In this document: positions 15,473 through 22,447 of the stretch, one piece after another | How positions within the stretch are numbered: position 1 is the stretch's first letter | How the letters are laid out: every line of letters starts with the position of its first letter | From: Sedimentisphaera cyanobacteriorum | GTDB taxonomy: Bacteria > Planctomycetota > Phycisphaerae > Sedimentisphaerales > Sedimentisphaeraceae | DNA length: 32,000 nucleotides | Direction of reading: 5' to 3' | Assembly (NCBI RefSeq): GCF_001997385.1 | Contig: NZ_CP019633.1 | Coordinates: 90,001-122,000 of the forward strand | Made by a program: the position numbers and the translations under genes | The notes under the pieces: model-generated | Database searches by the model: none | What the model was told of the DNA's origin: nothing | Seen by the model: the letters and a program-made list of their open reading frames with translations, nothing else

Positions 15473-16882
15473 TCAGCCCAAAAATGCGAGAGTTGTAAAC
15501 AGGTAAATTGATACGCTTATAGAGTCGTTGGCAGTTGTAACTAGCGGGCCGGAGCTGATGGCAGGGTCTATGCCGATCTTTTTGAAAAGGAACGGGAGAA
15601 ACAGTCCGAGCGTAGTGGAAACCATTACCGCTGCAGACATGGCAATCCCGAAAGCCAGAGACACCATAACGTAATTCATTCCCGATGCAGGGTCGTGATT
15701 CCCGAGAACATCTGAGAGTCCTGTATAAATAAGCCCGCCTATGAGCCCGCAGAACATCGCTATAAGAAGGGCAATCCTCGCCTCTCTCATAAAAACCTGC
15801 CCCAGATTCAAAGCTGCCATATGGCCTGTTGCGAGTCCGCATATAACAACAGCGGAAGTTTGAAGCCCTGCATTACCGCTTATAGCCGCTATCATCGGAG
15901 CAAATGCCGCTGCTACAGTGTAAACCTCAGTAAAAGAATTCTTGAAAAACAGCAGAACCATCGCTGTTACACCTGTACCAATCAGGCAGGGCGCAAGCCA
16001 AGTCATACGTATCCTTGCTGCCCTGAATATGCTTGTGTCGTAGAGCTCTTCAGCATCAGTACCGGCGATTGTGTATATGTCTTCGGCCGCCTCTTCTTCC
16101 GCCACTTCCAGCACCCTGTCTGCTGTAATACGCCCCACGAGAACATTATTCCCGTCCACAACAGGCACAGCTATAAGGTCGTTTTTGCTGAAAATATTCT
16201 TGATTTCTTCCTGATCGTAAAAAACGCTCACAGAGAGGCTGCTTTCCTCTATAAGCTCCTCGATTTTCTGCTCAGGCTCCGCTGAGAACAGATTCCTTAT
16301 CCTAACGTCCCCAAGATAAACGCCTTCAATATCAACAACATAAACGGCGTAGAAGTCTTCATCGCTTTCCTGTATCTTGAGAAGTTCAATAGTTTCGTGT
16401 ACTGTAGAGCCTTTGGGAACCGAGAGAAACAGAGGATCCATAATACCGCCCGCTGAATCGTCCGAATACTGCATCAGGTTTTTGATAGTCTCTGATTCGT
16501 CGGGCTTCATTGTCCTGAGCAGGTGTTCGCTGGCGCTTGGTGGCAGCTCGCTGAGAATATCTGCTGCGTCATCAGGGTCGAGCTCGTAGATGAGGGTTTT
16601 GAGCTGACGAACATTGAGCAGTTCATAGAGCTCTGCTCTTGTGGCCTCGTCGAGCTTTTCGAAAACCTCAGAAGATTCTTCTTTAGGAAGGCATCCTAAA
16701 ATCACAGCATTCCTGTCGCCCTCAAGCAGCTCCATAACTTCCGCAATTCGGCTTGTTCGCTGCTGGTCGAGGAGGGTGCAGAGCATATCAATGTTGTTAT
16801 TCTCTGTATATTCGTTGATTTTTGAGATTAACTGCTTTGCCTTCAGTTCTTCAGCCATAATACTGCTCCCAGTTCCAAGCAA
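15473..16882 (-). CDS. mgtE: Magnesium transporter MgtE
   Basis: 469-aa ORF. MgtE N-domain (DDAADILSELP), tandem CBS domains (PVVDGNNVLVGRITADRVLEV) and a C-terminal TM domain with GNAGLQTSAV. RBS GGGAG upstream of the ATG. Confidence 0.9.
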   Translation of the reverse strand: MLGTGSSIMAEELKAKQLISKINEYTENNNIDMLCTLLDQQRTSRIAEVMELLEGDRNAVILGCLPKEESSEVFEKLDEATRAELYELLNVRQLKTLIYELDPDDAADILSELPPSASEHLLRTMKPDESETIKNLMQYSDDSAGGIMDPLFLSVPKGSTVHETIELLKIQESDEDFYAVYVVDIEGVYLGDVRIRNLFSAEPEQKIEELIEESSLSVSVFYDQEEIKNIFSKNDLIAVPVVDGNNVLVGRITADRVLEVAEEEAAEDIYTIAGTDAEELYDTSIFRAARIRMTWLAPCLIGTGVTAMVLLFFKNSFTEVYTVAAAFAPMIAAISGNAGLQTSAVVICGLATGHMAALNLGQVFMREARIALLIAMFCGLIGGLIYTGLSDVLGNHDPASGMNYVMVSLAFGIAMSAAVMVSTTLGLFLPFLFKKIGIDPAISSGPLVTTANDSISVSIYLFTTLAFLG

Positions 16883-17031
16883 ACGTGCGGATAGTTTTCA
16901 GCGGCAGGCGGAGCGTAATTTTAATTTTACGTATTCAGCTTTATAGCCCGCCGGCTGGCATAATGTTACATATACCCGGCAATACTTCAAAGCTTTTCTG
17001 CTGCTGAAGGCTGTTAGTTTGCGATAATATG

Positions 17032-17296
17032 TTTTAGACGGGATTTTCAGCCACTGAGCAGCACTTAGATACGCTAAGGAGTTTGATGAACGACTAATTT
17101 CCCCTAATTTCCGCTAAGATGGTTTCTTTGTGGTGAATAATTCATTTTTAAACCAAGAAGGGCGCTAAGGGCACGAAGGATTATTATAAATTGTTTTACA
17201 GCAATCGCTTACATTCAAATAAAATCTGTGCCATCTGTGGATAAAAAATCAGCCCATACCAAATCCCCTTCGTGTGTTTCGTGGTAACAAACACAA
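17032..17296 (+). repeat. Mosaic intergenic repeat (family B), full copy
   Basis: Collinear with 10248..10510 and with modules at 3060..3140 and 3441..3656. Confidence 0.8.
17236..17244 (-). promoter_or_regulatory. Perfect DnaA-box consensus inside the family B repeat
   Basis: The plus strand reads TGTGGATAA. It lies 1.8 kb downstream of the dnaA stop. Function is unproven. Confidence 0.3.
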
Positions 17297-17449
17297 GCTT
17301 TGGGACGTTATCAAAAAATTGTCGCAAACGGCTGTTTTTCAGGCTGATTTGGTGTTTCTTCAGCATAATCCCGCCCGCAGCTTAACTAAGGGATGCAGTT
17401 CTTGAGCCTTTTACTGCTTTTAATCGAACCGAATTGGGATCGCCTGCTA

Positions 17450-17484
17450 TAACGCAAAATGGTTTTCTTTTAACGCAAAATGGT
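17450..17484 (+). promoter_or_regulatory. Two perfect 14-bp direct repeats TAACGCAAAATGGT with 21-bp phasing, upstream of the GH97 gene
   Basis: The copies are at 17450..17463 and 17471..17484, 66-100 bp upstream of the ATG at 17550. The geometry is typical of direct-repeat activator sites (AraC or response-regulator type). Confidence 0.4.
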
Positions 17485-17549
17485 CTTAAACCTTTGAAAA
17501 ATTTTTTTATGCTTTAATAAATCGAGAGCTTTTTTAAGGGAGAATTTTT

Positions 17550-19496
17550 ATGAAAAGAAAGAACATTCTATTGGCTTTTGCAGCATATTTGTTCTTTTCT
17601 TCAGCTGTTTTTTCGGCTGATTCGCTATCCAGCCCGGACGGGAAATTAGAGGTTTATTTTTCGCTGAACGATAAGAACGCCGTCTCTTATTCAGTGGAAT
17701 ATGCAGGCATGGAGGTGTTAGAAAAATCAGATCTTGGTCTTGTATGCGAATGGGCGGATTTTGATTCATTCCTCAAGCTTGCCTCAGAGAGTGATGTTCA
17801 GCAGGTTTCACAGAAATACAAGATGCTTCACGGCAAGAAGAAAAACTGCTCTTACAAGGCAAACAGAAAAGTTTATACCCTCACCACTCCTCATAACTCT
17901 GCAATAAAGATTGAATTTCGAGTGTCGGATAATTTTGCTGCTTTCCGGTATATCCTGCCTGATAACGGAAAATTTTATTCTGTTATTAAAGACGAAAAAA
18001 CCTCTTTCAACTTCCCCGAAGACACTTTAAGCTGGCTTCATCCGATGGCAGAGGCCAAAACAGGCTGGGAGAAAACTCAGCCTTCATACGAAGAACATTA
18101 TGCCGCCGGAAGAGAGGCGGGGGAGGATTCGAAATATGGTCAGGGCTGGTCTATGCCCGCTCTATTCAAAACTGCCGATGATAATTGGGTGCTGCTCTTT
18201 GAGACAGATGTTTACAGCGATTATTGCGGAACGAGGCTCCTGAAGGCGGATGATAAGGGGGGTTTTAAGATAGGCTTTCCTCAGCCTGAAGAACACAGAG
18301 GCATTCAGGATCCCGTATCGCCGGCAGTTGAGCTGCCTTTCAAATCCCCGTGGAGGGTTCTTGTGGTTGGGGATAATCTCGGGGCAGTTGTCGAGTCCAC
18401 AGCAGCAGCTGATCTCGCCTCACCATGCAGGCTCGAGGATACAGGGTTTGTAGAGCCCGGCCGCGCCGCTTGGCACTGGCTTCGATATGCAGATTCCAGC
18501 TCCACTCTTGAATATGCAAATTCATTCCTTGATTTTGCCGCAAAGATGCAGTGGGAATATATGCTGATAGACTGCTACTGGGACAACAATATCGGATATG
18601 AAAAGATGGAGGATTTCGTTAAGAAGGCCAATTCAAGGGGGGTGAAGGTTATCCTCTGGTACAATTCTAACGGTTTCTGGAATGAGGCTCCGCTAACCCC
18701 AAAGCATAAGATGCACACTCGCAGTGTGAGGCGGAGCGAATTTGCCAGGCTCAAGGAGATGGGTGTTGCAGGGGTTAAAATTGATTTCTTCGGCGGCGAT
18801 AAACAGGCAGTAATGAAGCTCTATCAGGATATTCTGGAAGACGCCGCTGATTATGGAATTATGGTTAATTTTCACGGAGCAACTGTTCCCCGCGGCTGGC
18901 ACCGCACATATCCTAATATGCTTACTCTCGAATCAGTTAAAGGCATGGAATACTGCACTTTCAATCAGGGCAATGCTGATGCCCAGCCTCAGCACTGCTG
19001 CATACTCCCTTTCACACGAAATGTCGTGGGGCCTATGGATTTTACGCCGGTAGTATTCAATCCGGAGATTCGCTCTGTGCAGCTGAGAACCACTCTCGGC
19101 TTTGAGCTTGCATTGTCGATTGTGTTCGAATCGGGGATTCAGCATTTCGGCCTTGTGCCTGAAGAGTATGATTTGATGCCCGATTATGTTGTTTCTTTCC
19201 TGCAGGATGTGCCTGTGAGCTGGGATCAAACGCATTTTATCAAAGGATATCCGGGCAAACTTGCTGTAATCGCCCGCAAAAAAGGCGCCAGCTGGTATAT
19301 CGGAGGGATAAACGGAGAAGCTGAGAAAAAGAATATCAGTATAGATTTGTCTTTCGTTGAGAATCTCAAAGGCAAATCAGTGAGTGTTATTACAGACGGC
19401 GAAAATCGCAGCTTTATGCATAAAGAGCTTCAGGCTGAAGGAGGCTTTGAGATAGATTTGAATGCAAACGGCGGGTTTGCTGCAGTTGTAGAATAA
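17550..19496 (+). CDS. Glycoside hydrolase family 97 (alpha-glucosidase/alpha-galactosidase type)
   Basis: 648-aa ORF with signal peptide. GH97 N-terminal pattern SPDGKLEVYFSLNDKNAVSYSVEYAGMEVLEKSDLGL. Catalytic barrel motifs GVAGVKIDFFGGD and FHGATVPRGWHRTYPNMLTLESVKGMEY. Confidence 0.88.
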   Translation: MKRKNILLAFAAYLFFSSAVFSADSLSSPDGKLEVYFSLNDKNAVSYSVEYAGMEVLEKSDLGLVCEWADFDSFLKLASESDVQQVSQKYKMLHGKKKNCSYKANRKVYTLTTPHNSAIKIEFRVSDNFAAFRYILPDNGKFYSVIKDEKTSFNFPEDTLSWLHPMAEAKTGWEKTQPSYEEHYAAGREAGEDSKYGQGWSMPALFKTADDNWVLLFETDVYSDYCGTRLLKADDKGGFKIGFPQPEEHRGIQDPVSPAVELPFKSPWRVLVVGDNLGAVVESTAAADLASPCRLEDTGFVEPGRAAWHWLRYADSSSTLEYANSFLDFAAKMQWEYMLIDCYWDNNIGYEKMEDFVKKANSRGVKVILWYNSNGFWNEAPLTPKHKMHTRSVRRSEFARLKEMGVAGVKIDFFGGDKQAVMKLYQDILEDAADYGIMVNFHGATVPRGWHRTYPNMLTLESVKGMEYCTFNQGNADAQPQHCCILPFTRNVVGPMDFTPVVFNPEIRSVQLRTTLGFELALSIVFESGIQHFGLVPEEYDLMPDYVVSFLQDVPVSWDQTHFIKGYPGKLAVIARKKGASWYIGGINGEAEKKNISIDLSFVENLKGKSVSVITDGENRSFMHKELQAEGGFEIDLNANGGFAAVVE

Positions 19497-19524
19497 TTGT
19501 TTTAAAAACACAAAATAGGCAAAT

Positions 19525-20487
19525 ATGATTAGAAATAGAGAAAAAATTATGTTCAGATTGATTTTAGTTTTGACCGCTGCATATAGTTCTGTGCTTTTTG
19601 CAGACAATCCGATAATTACGGATAAATACACAGCAGACCCGGCAGCTTTGGTGCACGAGGGGAAGGTTTACCTTTACGCCGGCCACGATGAATGCCCTCC
19701 CCGGCAGCATAGATATGTGCTGAATGAATGGCTATGCTTCAGCTCAGAAGATATGGTGAACTGGAAGGAGCATCCAGTTCCTTTAAAGGCGAAGGATTTC
19801 GACTGGGCAAGAGCAGACGCCTGGGCATCAGAGGTGATTGAAAGGGACGGAAAGTTCTACTGGTATGTAACGGTTTCCCATAAAAAGATTCACGGCAAGG
19901 CGATAGGCGTTGCGGTTTCAGACAGCCCCGAAGGGCCTTTCGAAGATGCTCGGGGCTCAGCTCTAATTACAAACGATATGACTACAGATGTTAAAATCTC
20001 TTGGGACGATATAGACCCTACCGTATTTATTGACGATGACGATCAGGCCTATATGTACTGGGGCAATCAGAAATGCCGCTGGATTAAGCTCAAAGACAAT
20101 ATGATCGAAACAGAGGGCGAAATCCATACTGTTGAAGGTCTCCCGGAATTTACCGAAGCCCCGTGGATTCACAAACGCGGAGACTGGTACTATCTGTCTT
20201 ACGCATACCAGTTCCCCGAGAAAACCGCCTATGCGATGAGCAAATCGATTGAAGGGCCTTGGGAATATAAGGGCATTCTCAATGAGCTCGCGGGCAACTG
20301 CAATACTAATCATCAGGCGATTATCAGCTTCAAGGGCAAAGACTACTTCTTCTATCATACAGGCGGAATTTCCACTGAAGGCTCAAGTTTCAGAAGGTCT
20401 GTATGCATTGATTATCTATACTACAACCCTGAGGGCACGATGAAAAGAGTGCAGATGACAACAGAAGGCGTTGAACCGGTAAAATAA
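19525..20487 (+). CDS. Glycoside hydrolase family 43 (beta-xylosidase/alpha-L-arabinofuranosidase type)
   Basis: 320-aa ORF with signal peptide (MFRLILVLTAAYSSVLFA from the second Met at 19549). Five-bladed propeller motifs NPIITDKYTADPAALV, AWASEVIERDGKFYWY, IDPTVFIDDD and TEAPWIHKRGDWYYLSY. Confidence 0.88.
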   Translation: MIRNREKIMFRLILVLTAAYSSVLFADNPIITDKYTADPAALVHEGKVYLYAGHDECPPRQHRYVLNEWLCFSSEDMVNWKEHPVPLKAKDFDWARADAWASEVIERDGKFYWYVTVSHKKIHGKAIGVAVSDSPEGPFEDARGSALITNDMTTDVKISWDDIDPTVFIDDDDQAYMYWGNQKCRWIKLKDNMIETEGEIHTVEGLPEFTEAPWIHKRGDWYYLSYAYQFPEKTAYAMSKSIEGPWEYKGILNELAGNCNTNHQAIISFKGKDYFFYHTGGISTEGSSFRRSVCIDYLYYNPEGTMKRVQMTTEGVEPVK

Positions 20488-20515
20488 CTTTTAGGAAGAT
20501 ATTGGGAGAATAAAA

Positions 20516-21799
20516 ATGAAAAGTTTTGCTTTATATTTGGTTATTGCTGTAATTGCTTCTGCCGGGAATTTGTATGCTAAGGAGGGGGTGCTTGAAGGCA
20601 TGCCTGACCCGGCGGTAATCTCGGACGGGCAGGGGACATACTATATCTTTGCAACGGGTAAAGGCCTCCCGTTTTACCGCTCTGACGACCTTGTTGAATG
20701 GAAGAGGGCGGGCACTGTATTCGATAAGCCCGTACCGCAATGGTCGAAAAAGGCAATCCCGCAAACTGAAGGGATATGGGCGCCGGACATTGTAAAGCTC
20801 AATGATAAATACTACGTTTACTACAGCGTTTCTTCATTCGGAAGCCAGCGGTCTGTTATTGGCGTGGCTCGAAGCAGCTCTTTAAATCCCGAGTCGCCCG
20901 AGTATGGCTGGAAAGACCTCGGACTTGTTATAGAATCACATCCGGGCAAAGATGATTTCAACGCTATCGATCCCGCAGCCTTCCAGCAGGACGACGGCAG
21001 GGCGTTTATGGTTTGGGGTTCGTTTTGGGGCGGAATCAAGAGCATTGAGATAAACCCCGATACGGGCAAACCTCTCAGAGACAATCCAGAGGTCTCTACC
21101 GTGGCAGCGAGACCGGACACGCCTGAGATCCCGAATACTCCTTCACATGCGATTGAAGGGGCGTATATGGTAAAGCATAAGGATATGTACTATCTGTTTG
21201 TTTCATGGGGGCTCTGCTGCGATGGTGCAGAAAGCACGTATCGAGTTATGGTTGGGCGGTCGGAAAATCCTCTCGGCCCGTATTTTGATCACGAAGGCAA
21301 ACCGCTTGCAGAAGGCGGGGGAACTCTTGTGCTTGCAAACAACGACTACTGGCGCGGCCCGGGGCATAATTCCGTGCTTACCACAGAGAAGGGCAGCTGG
21401 ATGGTGCATCATACATACAATACATTCCAGCTTGAAAAGCAGAGAATCCTCCAAATTCGCCCGATCTACTGGTGCAAAAACGGCTGGCCTGTTGTGGGCG
21501 AGCCGCTCAGCGAGGATAACCCAAAAACCACCGAACAAGCCAGTCCGAGCCCCGATGATATTATCGGGAGCTGGAGGCTGAGCATTAATTACGGCGCCCA
21601 GAAGATTTATGACTTTCTCCCGGACGGACGAATAGCAAACCATCCAAAGGCTGGATGGAAATTGTCCGGCAATATAATAATGATTAACTGGCCTGAATCT
21701 AATGCCGCAGACAGATGTGTGGTGGAGATGTCTAAGGATTCGTTTATCGGACGTAATCAGTATGGCGATGTAATCCGCGGGATTCAGCTTGACCATTAA
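20516..21799 (+). CDS. GH43 endo-1,5-alpha-L-arabinanase-like enzyme with C-terminal extra domain
   Basis: 427-aa ORF with signal peptide. Motifs PDPAVISDGQGTYYIFATG, GIWAPDIVKLNDKYYVYYSVS, AIDPAAFQQDDGRAFMVWGSFWGGI, IEGAYMVKHKDMYYLFVSWGLCC and HNSV. A C-terminal module of about 90 aa follows. Confidence 0.88.
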   Translation: MKSFALYLVIAVIASAGNLYAKEGVLEGMPDPAVISDGQGTYYIFATGKGLPFYRSDDLVEWKRAGTVFDKPVPQWSKKAIPQTEGIWAPDIVKLNDKYYVYYSVSSFGSQRSVIGVARSSSLNPESPEYGWKDLGLVIESHPGKDDFNAIDPAAFQQDDGRAFMVWGSFWGGIKSIEINPDTGKPLRDNPEVSTVAARPDTPEIPNTPSHAIEGAYMVKHKDMYYLFVSWGLCCDGAESTYRVMVGRSENPLGPYFDHEGKPLAEGGGTLVLANNDYWRGPGHNSVLTTEKGSWMVHHTYNTFQLEKQRILQIRPIYWCKNGWPVVGEPLSEDNPKTTEQASPSPDDIIGSWRLSINYGAQKIYDFLPDGRIANHPKAGWKLSGNIIMINWPESNAADRCVVEMSKDSFIGRNQYGDVIRGIQLDH

Positions 21800-21800
21800 A

Positions 21801-21833
21801 TTTTTGAATTCGGATGGCGAATTTGTTCAAAAA
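21801..21833. terminator. AT-rich bulged hairpin after the GH43 gene (weak terminator candidate)
   Basis: TTTTTGAATTCG / CGAA-tttg-TTCAAAAA with loop gatgg. There is no clean downstream T tract. Confidence 0.3.
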
Positions 21834-21916
21834 GACTAATCTATTAATTTTTTAAAATTTTTTGTTCCAATTTCGTGTGTTTGGCAAACTTCATTATAGG
21901 AGGCAGAAAACGGCGT

Positions 21917-22447
21917 ATGGATAGTGAATGCAAAAAAGCGAGTGATGATTTCCTTGATTTGCTAATACCAAATCAAGTTCGGATATATGCGTACATCCTC
22001 AGTATGGTTCGCAATTATCACGATGCGGACGATGTTCTGCAGGATACGGTGAAGACTATGTTCGAAAAATATGAGGAGTCTAAGCCGATTGATAATTTCG
22101 TGGCGTGGGGAATTCAGATTGCTTATTTCAAAATACTCGATTTTAGAAAGAAAAAAGCTAATTCGAAAGTGCAGTATGACCAGCAGCTTTTCGAAAAATT
22201 TTCTGATATGGTAGAGCAGAAACAAACCAAAGATGACAGTGTTGAAAATCTTGAAAAATGCATAAGAAAGCTCAATCCCCGTGCAAGGAAAATGGTGGAG
22301 CTGAGGTACTATCAGGACTTTAGGCCGAGGCAGATATCATCCCTTATCGGGCTGTCTGTAACTAATGTATATAAAATAATGAGCAGGATACACGGCAAAC
22401 TGCTTGCCTGCTTGAAGGCTGTTCCTGCAGATGAAAGATATGAATAA
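21917..22447 (+). CDS. ECF-type RNA polymerase sigma-70 family factor
   Basis: The ORF-track frame is 21875..22447. The Met at 21917 follows AGGAGG (21898..21903). Region 2 (DADDVLQDTVKTMFEKY) and region 4 HTH (ARKMVELRYYQDFRPRQISSLIGLSVTNVYKIMSRI). Confidence 0.88.
   Translation: MDSECKKASDDFLDLLIPNQVRIYAYILSMVRNYHDADDVLQDTVKTMFEKYEESKPIDNFVAWGIQIAYFKILDFRKKKANSKVQYDQQLFEKFSDMVEQKQTKDDSVENLEKCIRKLNPRARKMVELRYYQDFRPRQISSLIGLSVTNVYKIMSRIHGKLLACLKAVPADERYE

Noticed and set aside
16883-17030. M-box (ykoK) Mg2+ riboswitch upstream of mgtE
   Set aside because: The roughly 150-nt leader on the minus strand lacks the conserved M-box core sequences I can recall and shows only short hairpins. This cannot be excluded without a covariance-model scan (Rfam RF00380).
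16883-17549. mgtE-GH97 intergenic region as oriC
   Set aside because: It holds only one perfect DnaA box (17236..17244) and one poor match (GGTGAATAA, about 17142..17150), both inherited from the mosaic repeat. There is no box cluster. The AT-rich tract at 17470..17530 is equally explained as the GH97 promoter.
21203-21796. 197-aa antisense ORF inside the GH43 arabinanase gene. Similar shadow ORFs: 5755..6252, 15372..15842, 15821..16285, 2234..2671, 2338..2808, 13072..13452, 14043..14453, 19963..20358, 22577..22981, 26978..27340, 7877..8191
   Set aside because: Each lies entirely within a strongly supported gene on the opposite strand or in another frame. All have low-complexity or Arg/Pro/Ser-rich composition and no recognisable domains, which is typical of shadow ORFs.
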